From positions 959 through 64,958 of the forward strand of contig JAIPGN010000004.1 in the NCBI GenBank assembly GCA_021735685.1: 64,000 nt of DNA, in the 5' to 3' direction. The DNA comes from Patescibacteria group bacterium (GTDB lineage: Bacteria > Patescibacteriota > Patescibacteriia > UBA2591 > UBA6264). This document shows positions 44,445 to 53,836 of the stretch, piece by piece. Under the pieces are notes generated by a model. The model worked only from the letters and a program-made list of their open reading frames with translations, was not told the DNA's origin and searched no databases. The position numbers and the translations under genes were made by a program. The first letter of the stretch is position 1; each line of letters starts with the position of its first letter.

Positions 44445-45392
44445 TTACTTTTCTTCAGTGAATTTATAAAAAATTTTATCACCAAAGCGCAAATCAATAT
44501 ATTCTAAACCCTTTCTTTCTTTAATTTCTTTTTCTATAATGCCAGACAATTTATCTAATTGTTTTTTAAGTTCTACTTCGGAATTAATTAAAATTTCCCA
44601 TCCCTCAGATGATAATATTTGAACATCAATAACGTCTCCAATGTTATTGATTTCGCATTCAAGGAAATAAATATCATGACTACGCAAAATATCGCTTTGA
44701 ACGAAAAATAAGAGATCTTTTAAGAAATTCTGATAATCTTCTTCAGTTAAAATTAAGTCGCTTTGATCATAAAAAACTAAATCGTCATTAAACGCCTCTT
44801 GGTCGTTTTTTGCTTTTAATAAGCCTTCAGGAGCCTTGATTAATTGTCCCTCCTGATTTAAATAATAACTTTGAGTATCTCCCAGAACCTCAAATCTGAC
44901 TAAAGGTTGATACTCTTTTAAGGTAATCTGTAATTTAGCCGGCCATTTCTTTTTGATTCGTATTGATTTTAAACGAGAATCCTGCCCTATTTCTTTTTCA
45001 GCTAAAGAAGTATCAAAGAAAATTAAATTGCGTCCACTCCAAATCCCAGGTGAGATTAAATCGTTCAAAGAATCCATTATTTCTTGATGAGAAATCAGTT
45101 GATAGTCCTCTTTTTTACTAATTTCAACGTCATTGATTTGAAAAAAAGAAGAAAAAAGCAAAAAATAAGTTAAAAGTCCCAATAAAATTAATAAAATAAA
45201 GCCTAAAGCTAAACGTTTTAGGATTTTTAAACGCTTTTGGCGAATATATTTTCGGCTAATCTTTTCTCGAGAAAAGCCCTTTCTTCTTTTCTTCTTTTGA
45301 AAGTCTTTTTTGTTCAAATTTAAAGACTGCACATATTTATCTGACATATTTTTGAAATCTAGTCCTAAAAAAACAGAGATAAAAAAAGTCAC
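44445..45392 (-). CDS. ftsQ: Cell-division protein FtsQ/DivIB-like (POTRA)
   Basis: Basic N-terminus, single TM, then a POTRA-like region; FtsQ-like size and topology. Confidence 0.5.
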   Translation of the reverse strand: MTFFISVFLGLDFKNMSDKYVQSLNLNKKDFQKKKRRKGFSREKISRKYIRQKRLKILKRLALGFILLILLGLLTYFLLFSSFFQINDVEISKKEDYQLISHQEIMDSLNDLISPGIWSGRNLIFFDTSLAEKEIGQDSRLKSIRIKKKWPAKLQITLKEYQPLVRFEVLGDTQSYYLNQEGQLIKAPEGLLKAKNDQEAFNDDLVFYDQSDLILTEEDYQNFLKDLLFFVQSDILRSHDIYFLECEINNIGDVIDVQILSSEGWEILINSEVELKKQLDKLSGIIEKEIKERKGLEYIDLRFGDKIFYKFTEEK

Positions 45393-45452
45393 TCTCTAAG
45401 TAAATTTTATAGGATCATTTTCTTAAAAATGATTTTATTAAATTAAAGAACT

Positions 45453-46751
45453 TTAATATTTTTCTTCGAAAAGTTTTATTAAATTGCTTTTTTCAAATTC
45501 AAAATTTCCCATTTCTTCCGGAGCAATTGGGCTAACCGGCTCAAAATCTTGAGCTAAAGGATTAATCCATTGACTATATTTGCTCATGGCATAATCTAGA
45601 TGACATCCAGTTGAGGTCCCAGTAGTGCCCACAAAGCCAATTATTTGACCTTGAGATACTTTACTTCCGTACTTGATCCCCCTTGCAAAAGCCGAGAGAT
45701 GGCCATAAAAAGTTTTATAAACCCCGTTGTGGTTAATTTCTGCTCGATAACCATAAACGTTATTACGCCAACCAGCAAAAACTATCACGCCATTACCAGC
45801 TGCAGAGACCGGTGTTCCGCAAGGAGCGGCAAAATCAATAGCTTGATGACTGGTATAGGTGTTCCAAACCGGATGCCAGCGCTTTAGACTATAATAAGAT
45901 GAAATATATTTGTAATGTAAAGGAGATTTCAAGAATTGTTTGCGTAAATTATTGCCTTCTAAATCGTAATAATCAAAATTACCTTCTTGGTCCTCATAGA
46001 AAACTGCCCAATGTTTTTCCTCTTTTTTCTGAAAATAGGCCATTAAAATTTTTCCTGGCCGAATAAATTCTCCATCTAAATAATAATTTTCGTACAAAAC
46101 TTTAAACTTATCCCCTGCTCTCACCTCTAAAGCAAAATTAATATCCCAAGCAAAAATGTCAGCCATTTCAATAATAGTTTTGTCAGCTAATCCTGCTCTT
46201 TTTCCGCTTTGAAATAAAGAATCTTCAATGGTTCCTTCGGCAATTTTTAGCTCTGTTTGGTATTCAATTTCTTTGATTTGAGCCTTCAACTGACCGCTGT
46301 CTTCCTTATTTACTTCTAGAGTCCTTTGATCGTCAATTTGATACTCTAGCTTCAAAAAATTATGAGAATCTTGAGGATCGAAAAAAGATCGTAAAGAGTG
46401 TCCCGCTTTAATTTGGGACAAATCATAAATATCTTGAGTTGCTTCTAAAATTTCTTGTAATTTTTTATCAGTTAAACTTAAAGCAGTGTTCATTTTTGAA
46501 AAAACTTCTCCGTTTTCAATGAAATGTTCCTTAATAGTTGGCAAAAGTTCTCGTTGCTCTTCTTCGGTTTTAGTAAAAAAATTTGATTCAGCTTGAGGTT
46601 TTTTTTCTTGATTGTTTATTTTTTGCCAAATCAAAAAAAAGATAACAAAAAGAATGATCCCTCCAAGAAGATAAAGGTTTTTTTTCCTTTTCTCTTTTCT
46701 TTGCTGGGACTTTCTTATTTTAATTCTGGATGGAGGCATTCTGAGTATCAT
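45453..46751 (-). CDS. M23 peptidase-family protein, membrane-anchored. The second zinc motif reads HLD rather than HxH.
   Basis: HQAIDFAAPCGTPVSAAGNG (HxxxD) is present but the later motif is CHLDYAM. Has an N-terminal TM. Confidence 0.7.
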   Translation of the reverse strand: MILRMPPSRIKIRKSQQRKEKRKKNLYLLGGIILFVIFFLIWQKINNQEKKPQAESNFFTKTEEEQRELLPTIKEHFIENGEVFSKMNTALSLTDKKLQEILEATQDIYDLSQIKAGHSLRSFFDPQDSHNFLKLEYQIDDQRTLEVNKEDSGQLKAQIKEIEYQTELKIAEGTIEDSLFQSGKRAGLADKTIIEMADIFAWDINFALEVRAGDKFKVLYENYYLDGEFIRPGKILMAYFQKKEEKHWAVFYEDQEGNFDYYDLEGNNLRKQFLKSPLHYKYISSYYSLKRWHPVWNTYTSHQAIDFAAPCGTPVSAAGNGVIVFAGWRNNVYGYRAEINHNGVYKTFYGHLSAFARGIKYGSKVSQGQIIGFVGTTGTSTGCHLDYAMSKYSQWINPLAQDFEPVSPIAPEEMGNFEFEKSNLIKLFEEKY

Positions 46752-46833
46752 CTTTTATTATTATAACAAAATTAAAATATTTTAAGAAGTAAAAAATCTT
46801 TTCTTTTTTAGCTTAGATTGCTAAAATTAAAAC

Positions 46834-48393
46834 ATGTTAATTTTAAATAAAAAACGAATTATAATTTTTTTATTATTAATTATTTTAGGAGGGGTTATTT
46901 GTTATTCTAATATATTTTCTCATCAATTTCTTTGGGATGATGAATTTCTAATTGAAAAAAATCAATTTATTCGCTCCTTTGACCATCTTCCTCAAGTCTT
47001 TTCTTCCCCAAGCGGAGCTGGGGCAGGACGCTCAGACAACTTTTATCGCCCTTTACAAATTTTAAACTATACCGGACTTTATGCTTTGGCCGGGGCAACT
47101 CCTTGGATTTTTCTTCTAAATAATTTATTTCTGCACATTTTTAGCGGAATTTTAATTTTCTTTTTAATTAGAAAAATCTTTAAAAAAGATTTTTTGGCTT
47201 TTCTGGTATCTTTTTTTTGGATTATTCATCCCGTGCACACTGAGGTCGTTACTTACATGAGCGGAACCGCCGATCCCCTCTCAACTTTATTGGGCCTTGG
47301 GTCCTTTTATTTTTATTTGATTTTTCGTGAAAAAAAACAGTTTTGTTTTTTAATCTTTGCTTTAGTCTCTTTCCTTCTAGCTCTTTTGGCAAAAGAAACT
47401 ATCATTATCTTACCAGGCCTAATTTTGTTTTACGAAATTATTTTTAATCAAAATCCCAAAAAAATATCTAACTACGCTCCCCTTATTTGGTTTTTTAACA
47501 TTGCCTTAGCTTATTTTTGCTTAAGGCTTAGCTTTTTAAATTTTGGCGGAACCCTTAATCTTTACGCGACAAGCAACATTTATACAGAGAATATATTGGT
47601 TCGTTTTTTCACTTTTTTGGCGTCTTTGTTAATGTACTATTCTTTTTTCTTTTATCCTGTCAACCTGCACATGGAGAGAAAATTTTCCGTTTTTTCAAAC
47701 TGGCAATCGCCCTGGGTCCTGTCTTCTTTCTTAATCTTGGTTGGTTTTATTATTCTTGGTTTTTGGGCTCAAAGAAAAAACAAGAAATATATTAGTTTTG
47801 GACTAGGTTGGTTTTTTCTTGCCTTTATTCCTCTTAGCGGTATTATTATCCCAATTAACTCTTTTTTGCTAGAGCATTGGCTTTATTTCACTTCTATTGG
47901 TCTTTTTCTTTGTTTAGCGGGGTTAATTAATGCTCTTTGGGAAAAAATAGCTAAAATAAGAAAAGGTTTATTAATTGTTTTGCTTTTAATAGGCATTCTA
48001 TTAATGAATGGCACCAGACAAAGAAATAAAGTCTGGGAAAACCCCCTCACTTTTTATCATGACATTTTACAATATCATGAAGGAACAGCTAGGATTCATA
48101 ATAATTTAGGAATGGCCTATGCCGACCAAAATGATTTAAATAAAGCGGAAGAACATTATCTAAAAGCTGTTGCCCTTGGTGATCAATACCCTCAAACTCA
48201 TTATAATTTAGCTCAATTATATTTAGAAAAAGAAGAAGAAGAAAAAGCCATAATTCATTTGGAAAAAAGTTTAGTAATTAATCCTCGCTTTTTTTTCTCT
48301 TATTATCTTTTGAGCCAGATTTACCAAGAAGAAGGAGAAATAAAAAAAGCGCAAGAATATTTACAAAAAGCGGAAGCTATTGAGTATTATTAA
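46834..48393 (+). CDS. Polytopic membrane protein with C-terminal TPR repeats (PMT/ArnT-like, TMTC-type putative glycosyltransferase)
   Basis: About 10 TM helices followed by TPR-like repeats (NNLGMAYADQNDLNKAEEHYLKAV..., YNLAQLYLEKEEEEKAIIHLEKSL). Confidence 0.5.
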   Translation: MLILNKKRIIIFLLLIILGGVICYSNIFSHQFLWDDEFLIEKNQFIRSFDHLPQVFSSPSGAGAGRSDNFYRPLQILNYTGLYALAGATPWIFLLNNLFLHIFSGILIFFLIRKIFKKDFLAFLVSFFWIIHPVHTEVVTYMSGTADPLSTLLGLGSFYFYLIFREKKQFCFLIFALVSFLLALLAKETIIILPGLILFYEIIFNQNPKKISNYAPLIWFFNIALAYFCLRLSFLNFGGTLNLYATSNIYTENILVRFFTFLASLLMYYSFFFYPVNLHMERKFSVFSNWQSPWVLSSFLILVGFIILGFWAQRKNKKYISFGLGWFFLAFIPLSGIIIPINSFLLEHWLYFTSIGLFLCLAGLINALWEKIAKIRKGLLIVLLLIGILLMNGTRQRNKVWENPLTFYHDILQYHEGTARIHNNLGMAYADQNDLNKAEEHYLKAVALGDQYPQTHYNLAQLYLEKEEEEKAIIHLEKSLVINPRFFFSYYLLSQIYQEEGEIKKAQEYLQKAEAIEYY

Positions 48394-48394
48394 T

Positions 48395-49081
48395 TTATTT
48401 TTTAAACCGATACTTAAATAAAGTCCAAAGAGCTTTGATGCCGTCTTGATAATTTATTTTTTTGCCTTCTTGGCGAGGAAAGTATTGAATGGGCACTTCT
48501 TTAATTGGAAGGCCCTTTTTTAGTATTTTAGCAGTAATCTCTGGTTCCCACTCAAAACCATTTCCCTCAATGACTAAAGATTTAATTAATTCAGCTTGAA
48601 AGCATTTATAACAAGTAGGTTCATCAGTTAAATGGGAGCCATATAATAAATTACAAAACCAAGTTATCGTTTTCCCCCCCAGAAAAAAAATCCATTTGCT
48701 CCTTTTGTTTTTTTTATTTAACTCTCTGCTCCCATAAACCACTTGAGTCTCCCCTTGTAGAATTGGTTGCAGGCATTTTTTAATATCTTGAGGGTCATAT
48801 TCTAAATCTGCGTCTTGAACGATTATTATGTCTCCTTGTGTCTTTTTTAACCCCACTTTAAAAGCAGCTCCTTTGCCTTGATTTTTTTTCTGTTCTAATA
48901 ATATAATCCCTTCTTGCTTTCTTAAAATCTCTTTAGTTTTATCTTGACTAGCGTCATCAACCACGATGATTTCTTTTTTTATGCCAGGGATTTCTAGGGC
49001 TTTAACTTTTTCCAAAAGAGGAAGAATGGTTTTTTCTTCGTTGTAAGCGGGTATAACGATGGATAATAATTTTTTTTTCAT
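48395..49081 (-). CDS. Family-2 glycosyltransferase (dolichyl-/polyprenyl-phosphate glycosyltransferase-like)
   Basis: LSIVIPAYNEE, VDDASQD and DADLEYDP motifs. Confidence 0.8.
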   Translation of the reverse strand: MKKKLLSIVIPAYNEEKTILPLLEKVKALEIPGIKKEIIVVDDASQDKTKEILRKQEGIILLEQKKNQGKGAAFKVGLKKTQGDIIIVQDADLEYDPQDIKKCLQPILQGETQVVYGSRELNKKNKRSKWIFFLGGKTITWFCNLLYGSHLTDEPTCYKCFQAELIKSLVIEGNGFEWEPEITAKILKKGLPIKEVPIQYFPRQEGKKINYQDGIKALWTLFKYRFKK

Positions 49082-49758
49082 TCTAAATAGATTGAATTAT
49101 CTTTGTTAAACTCCCCTACCCTGGTTCTTTCTAAATCAAATAGATATCCTCCACAATTTAGCTTTTGCCCTAGGTCTCGTGCTAAACTTCTAACGTATGC
49201 TCCTGGACCAGTTAAAACTTTAATTTCTAAATAAGGCCATTGATATTCTAGTAATTCTATGTTCTTGATTTCAACTAAACGAGATTTAATGATTGGCCTT
49301 TGGCCTTGGCGAGCTAATTGATAGGCCCTTTTTCCCTTGATTTTAATTGCACTAAAAAAAGGAGGAACTTGTTCGATTTTTCCTTGAAATTGAGGAAGAA
49401 TTTCTAAAATTTCTTTCTTTGATGGTCGATTAATGTTTTCTTTTATTGTTTTTTTTCCTTCTTGGTCATCAGTAGTACTCTCTTCTCCTAATTTAATAAC
49501 AGCCAAATATTCTTTTTCTTTTTTAACTTCTTTCTCTAAGGATCGACAGGCTGATCTACCTATACCTACCACCAAAATGCCTCGAGCCAGAGGGTCTAAA
49601 GTGCCAGCATGACCTATTTTCTTAACTCCGGTTAAAATTCGTAAGCGCCTAATCATATCAAAAGATGAGGGACCAACTGGCTTATAAACTCCTATAATTC
49701 CTTCTTTTATTTCTTGAGAATTAATCATATAAATATATTTTAACAAAAAAATTAGCAA
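49078..49758 (-). CDS. truB: tRNA pseudouridine(55) synthase TruB
   Basis: GIIGVYKPVGPSSFD...GHAGTLDPLARGILVVGIG, with the catalytic Asp in GTLDP. Confidence 0.9.
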   Translation of the reverse strand: MLIFLLKYIYMINSQEIKEGIIGVYKPVGPSSFDMIRRLRILTGVKKIGHAGTLDPLARGILVVGIGRSACRSLEKEVKKEKEYLAVIKLGEESTTDDQEGKKTIKENINRPSKKEILEILPQFQGKIEQVPPFFSAIKIKGKRAYQLARQGQRPIIKSRLVEIKNIELLEYQWPYLEIKVLTGPGAYVRSLARDLGQKLNCGGYLFDLERTRVGEFNKDNSIYLE

Positions 49759-49823
49759 AAAACAAAGAACCTCAAACAGAATTAAGGTTCTTTATTTCTT
49801 CGCCTTTGATTGCAAATCAAATT

Positions 49824-50591
49824 TTATTTTTCCTGATCACTTTTAATCAAAAGCTTATTATTTTTACTGATTCCCTCAAAAGCTCTTAAAACTTCTAAAG
49901 GGACAGCAAAAACTATGGTATTAGATTGATCTGAGCTAATGTCATTAATAGATTGCAGGGTACGTAAATGCAAAGCTCCAGTAGAAGCTGATAAAGCTTG
50001 AGCAGCTTCCGCCATATTTTTGGCAGCAATTTTTTCCCCCTCGGCCTTGATAATTAATGATCTTTTTTCTCTTTCTGCTTCAGCTTGACGACCAATTACC
50101 CTTTTCATCTCTTCTGGCAAGGTAATATCTTTTAATTCTACATTATCCACTTTAATCCCCCAAGGATCACTAGCCACGTCAATGACTTTTCTAATATTTT
50201 CAGAAACGCTTTCTCTTTCCGAGAGCAATTCATCTAAGCTCACCCCTCCCACTGCGTTGCGCATGGTGGTTTGAGCTAATTGAGAAATGGCATAATAAAA
50301 CCTTTCTACTCCTAAAATTGCTTTTTCAGCATGAATTACTTTATAATAAATAACCGCATTTACGCTAACTGAGATATTATCTTTAGTAATGGCTTCTTGA
50401 TTGGGCACGTCAACTGCCTTAACCCTTAAATCCACTTTCCTATATGATTGAAAAATAGGAATGACTAATCGCCAACCGGGTTGCATAATTCCAGTATATT
50501 TTCCTAAAGTAAATTTAACTCCTTTTTCGTATTCATTGATTTGTTTAATAGAAATCAATAAAATAATGAAAATAATTATTCCTAAAGGCAT
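49824..50591 (-). CDS. SPFH/band-7 (stomatin/prohibitin-like) membrane protein
   Basis: N-terminal TM, then a band-7 core (EYEKGVKFTLGKY...AEAEREKRSLIIKAEGE). Confidence 0.85.
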   Translation of the reverse strand: MPLGIIIFIILLISIKQINEYEKGVKFTLGKYTGIMQPGWRLVIPIFQSYRKVDLRVKAVDVPNQEAITKDNISVSVNAVIYYKVIHAEKAILGVERFYYAISQLAQTTMRNAVGGVSLDELLSERESVSENIRKVIDVASDPWGIKVDNVELKDITLPEEMKRVIGRQAEAEREKRSLIIKAEGEKIAAKNMAEAAQALSASTGALHLRTLQSINDISSDQSNTIVFAVPLEVLRAFEGISKNNKLLIKSDQEK

Positions 50592-50614
50592 ATTTTTCTA
50601 TGTTATTTTTTTAG

Positions 50615-51892
50615 TTAAACGACCTTTGTGGTTTTAAATAATTTTTGAATTCTCTTGCGACTTTCAGTAATAATTTTTTCTTCATCTTTAATTCGATAAT
50701 CACGCATAATAGCTTGACCATTACAGAAAACATCCGAAATTAAACCCGCCGAACTTTGAGCGTAAATTAAATTAGACAAAAGATCGTGATTGGGAATAAA
50801 ATTTAAATGGTTTAAGTCAATTAAGATAAAGTCCGCTAGTTTTCCTATTTTTAATTCTCCAGCATTGAGATTAAAAGCTTGAGCGGCATTTTTAGTAGCA
50901 AGGTTGAAAACTTCCTGAACCGGTAAAAGGCTAGAATTTTCATTTTGTGCCCTTTGCAATAAAGAAGCAAATTTCATTTCCGACCAAAGATTTAAACTGT
51001 TATTTGAGGCAGATCCGTCTGTGCCCAAGCAAATATTGATTCCCGCTTCCTTTAATTGAGAATAAGGGAAAATTCCAGAGCCTAATTTCATGTTAGAGCA
51101 AGGACTATAAACAATTTGGCATTTTTTTTCTTTTAATATTTCAATTTCTTTTTTAGAGAGCCAGATTGCATGCACCAAAAGGGTTTGAGGGGCCAATAGA
51201 CCAATTTCGTTTAAATATTCAACTGGTCTCATTTGATTTGTTTTAAGACAATCTTCAACCTCTTTTTTGGTTTCTGAGCAATGAATATGAATTGGCAATT
51301 TGTTTCTCTGACTAAAATTTTTAGCCCAGGTTAAATTTTCTAAAGAAAGGGTGTAAATAGAATGAGGGGCTAAAGTTAGGGAAAGCAAACTGGTTTCTTT
51401 TTTACTTAAAATTTCCCATTTTTTTTGCACTTCTTCTTTACTCCCCCCGTTTGATTGAGAATCTATTAAAAAAAGACCTAAATGGGCCCTTAAACCCATT
51501 TCTTGGACAGCTAACCAAGAAGCGTCAACTTGCCAATACATATCATTAAAACAAGTGGTGCCAGCTTTAATCATCTTCAAGGCTGCTAATTTAGTAGCCC
51601 AATAAATATCTTCTGAACCTAATTGAGCTTCTTTGGGCCATATTTTTTTCTCTAGCCAATCTTTTAATGGTAAATCATCAGCATAACCCTGCAAAAAAGA
51701 CATTGCTGCGTGAGTGTGACTATTAATTAAGCCCGGTAAAATAGCCTTTTTTGCTTGACAATCAATAACTAAATCAGCTTTTGTCTTAATTTCTTTGGTT
51801 ATTTCCACTATGCTTTCGTTTTCTATATAAAAATCCTTTAAAGAGTGGTCTAAGTCAACAGCATTTTTAATTAAAATAGTTCTTTTTTTCAT
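50615..51892 (-). CDS. Amidohydrolase-superfamily nucleoside/base deaminase (MtaD or guanine-deaminase-like)
   Basis: Metal-binding HxH (LPGLINSHTHAAMS), a downstream HxHxxE-type region, and DG near the C-terminus; 425 aa. Confidence 0.7.
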   Translation of the reverse strand: MKKRTILIKNAVDLDHSLKDFYIENESIVEITKEIKTKADLVIDCQAKKAILPGLINSHTHAAMSFLQGYADDLPLKDWLEKKIWPKEAQLGSEDIYWATKLAALKMIKAGTTCFNDMYWQVDASWLAVQEMGLRAHLGLFLIDSQSNGGSKEEVQKKWEILSKKETSLLSLTLAPHSIYTLSLENLTWAKNFSQRNKLPIHIHCSETKKEVEDCLKTNQMRPVEYLNEIGLLAPQTLLVHAIWLSKKEIEILKEKKCQIVYSPCSNMKLGSGIFPYSQLKEAGINICLGTDGSASNNSLNLWSEMKFASLLQRAQNENSSLLPVQEVFNLATKNAAQAFNLNAGELKIGKLADFILIDLNHLNFIPNHDLLSNLIYAQSSAGLISDVFCNGQAIMRDYRIKDEEKIITESRKRIQKLFKTTKVV

Positions 51893-52032
51893 TTCTTTCC
51901 CTTGGTTAAATCCATAATTGTACGAAAGGTGTCTTTATTCTCTAAATAATCTTCAATAGTTTCAAAGGGAACTCTTTTCATAAAATTATAATTAAAATTG
52001 CTCTTTTCTACTATATTATACTTTAATTTTGA

Positions 52033-52118
52033 GAAAATAAAAAGTGGTGCTTGCCTGGCGTCAAAAAAGGAAATCCTTTCTATCCACCGCCAGAACCGAA
52101 ATTCTGGGCAAGCACCAT
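52033..52118 (-). other. Compound hairpin plus U-tract (second of two tandem terminators, or a cis-regulatory leader element)
   Basis: On the minus strand: GGTGCTTGCC...TGGCG...AAAGGA-tt-TCCTTT...CGCCA-GGCAAGCACC, then TTTTTATTTT. Confidence 0.4.
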
Positions 52119-52140
52119 TAATAAAATAACATAATTATAA

Positions 52141-52178
52141 AAATAAAGCAAGTTAAAAGGGAGGCGCAAGCGCCTCCC
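52141..52178 (-). terminator. Strong rho-independent terminator on the minus strand
   Basis: GGGAGGCG-caag-CGCCTCCC (8-bp all-G/C stem) followed on the minus strand by TTTTAACTTGCTTTATTTTT. Confidence 0.7.
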
Positions 52179-52180
52179 AA

Positions 52181-52475
52181 AGTCTTAATACATCAGGAGT
52201 TTGCCGTAACAACGGCATTCTCCTTTCTTTGATGGGATGTTTGGCGGCTCCGAAGTGAAGCCGTCAACATACTCGGGAACTTGCCCATTACTAGGGCAAG
52301 TTTGTCCCCTGAAGTAAACATCCCCGTTAGACCCCAGAGGCTTAACCTCCTGAAGTCTAACTCCCAAGTAAAAAATTTTTTCCTTCCCGTTTTGGGACAA
52401 AGGAAAAACAATTTCTTGATTTTTTTGATAGGCCCGCAGGGCCGATCTGGTTCGAGAAATGATATTAAAAACCAT
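52181..52475 (-). other. GC-rich, helix-dense ~300-nt segment. Candidate structured ncRNA, or alternatively a 96-aa ORF with atypical codon usage.
   Basis: GC is far above the local ~33%. Several perfect helices: GGGATGTTT...AAACATCCC enclosing CTTGCCC-tagtaat-GGGCAAG; and AGGAG-aat-GCCGT-tgtt-ACGGC-aaa-CTCCT. The ORF has an AAGGAG RBS but uses CTG, CGG, GCC and GGG codons that are rare elsewhere in the window. Confidence 0.3.
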
Positions 52476-52575
52476 TTTTGTCTCCTTTTTTCTTTATTTT
52501 TTAAAACAAAAAGAAAAAACGATGGGTAGTTTCAATTTCATCTCTGCCTCCTTTCACGTTATTATTTTTAGTATA

Positions 52576-53835
52576 TTACTTATTTTCTTTTTTGTCAAGC
52601 TTAACACTATTCCCCACTACCCAGCCGGTAGCCCAGCAAACCTGCAAATTATACCCTCCGGTAGGTCCGTTTAGGTCTAAAATTTCTCCAGCTAAATAAA
52701 GATTATCAATTATTTTAGATTGCATAGTTAAAGGATTAACCTCTTTCAAGTCTACGCCTCCAGCGGTAATAATCGCTTTTTGATAACCATCTAATTTTTT
52801 AATTTTCAATTTAAACTCTTTGCATAAATGCAAAATTATCTTTCTTTCTTCTTTGGTTAAAGAGTGAACCTTTTTGCTTAAAGGAATTTGAGAAAGTTGA
52901 AGAATGACGGGAATTAATTTTTGAGGCAACAAATCATCTAAACTATTTTTAAAAAATCGGTTGCTTTTTTTAGCAAAGTCTTTTTGAATTCTTTGATCTA
53001 ATTGCGAAAAGCTTAAAGCTGGTTTAAGGTCAATAGACAAACAAAGGTCTGCCTTTTTTTCTAATTCTTGGCCTATTCTTGAGCTTAAATCTAAAATAAT
53101 GGGTCCACTCATTCCTTTATGAGTAAAAAGAGCTTCTCCAAAACGAGAATCTATTTTTTTGTTTTTTTGGTATAAACTAATCTCTACATTTTTTAAACTT
53201 AAACCCTCTAATTGGGAGAGAAAATTTTCCGCACAAATTAAAGGAGTTAAGGCTGGCCTTAGTTTATTAATTCGATGCCCCATTTTTTTTAACCAAAAAT
53301 AACCGTCTCCAGTGGATCCGGTTTGAGGATAAGATTTACCGCCAGTTGCTATTAAAAAATTATTAGCTTTAATTTCCTGGCCATCTTCTAAGATTATTTT
53401 CTCAATTCTTCTTTTCTTAATTACTATTTTTTTAACTGGGCTATTTGTTTTAACTTCTACACCCGACTTCTTTAAGTTTTTGATCAAAACCCGACAAACG
53501 TTTTGCGCCGAATTACTTTGGGGAAAAATGCGTCCTCCTCTTTCTGTTTTTAATCGCAAACCCTTTTTTTCAAAAAAATCAATAATTTCTATTAAGCCAA
53601 ATTGATGTAAAGCCGAAAAAAGAAAATTGCCTTGAGGGCCAAATTCTTTGACAAAATCTCTGGGCTGGTTATCTTGATGAGCTAAATTACAACGCCCCTT
53701 GCCGGTTAACAAAAGTTTAATTCCTAATTTTCTATTTTTTTCAAGCAAAATTACTTTAGAACCCTTGGCTGCAGCCCGCCCAGCAGCCATCATTCCAGCT
53801 GGTCCCCCACCAATTACCACTAAATTATATTTCAT
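52576..53835 (-). CDS. HI0933-family flavoprotein (NAD(FAD)-utilising dehydrogenase, BaiN-like)
   Basis: N-terminal FAD motif YNLVVIGGGPAGMMAAGRAA with a GGG..GR pattern; 419 aa. Confidence 0.85.
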   Translation of the reverse strand: MKYNLVVIGGGPAGMMAAGRAAAKGSKVILLEKNRKLGIKLLLTGKGRCNLAHQDNQPRDFVKEFGPQGNFLFSALHQFGLIEIIDFFEKKGLRLKTERGGRIFPQSNSAQNVCRVLIKNLKKSGVEVKTNSPVKKIVIKKRRIEKIILEDGQEIKANNFLIATGGKSYPQTGSTGDGYFWLKKMGHRINKLRPALTPLICAENFLSQLEGLSLKNVEISLYQKNKKIDSRFGEALFTHKGMSGPIILDLSSRIGQELEKKADLCLSIDLKPALSFSQLDQRIQKDFAKKSNRFFKNSLDDLLPQKLIPVILQLSQIPLSKKVHSLTKEERKIILHLCKEFKLKIKKLDGYQKAIITAGGVDLKEVNPLTMQSKIIDNLYLAGEILDLNGPTGGYNLQVCWATGWVVGNSVKLDKKENK

Positions 53836-53836
53836 A

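Noticed and set aside
52193-52674. Overlapping small ORFs 52193-52411(-), 52281-52529(+), 52459-52674(+)
   Set aside because: They fall within the GC-rich structured region or the 3' end of the flavoprotein gene and have no RBS. Only the 52185-52475(-) frame has an RBS; it is discussed as an alternative to an ncRNA.
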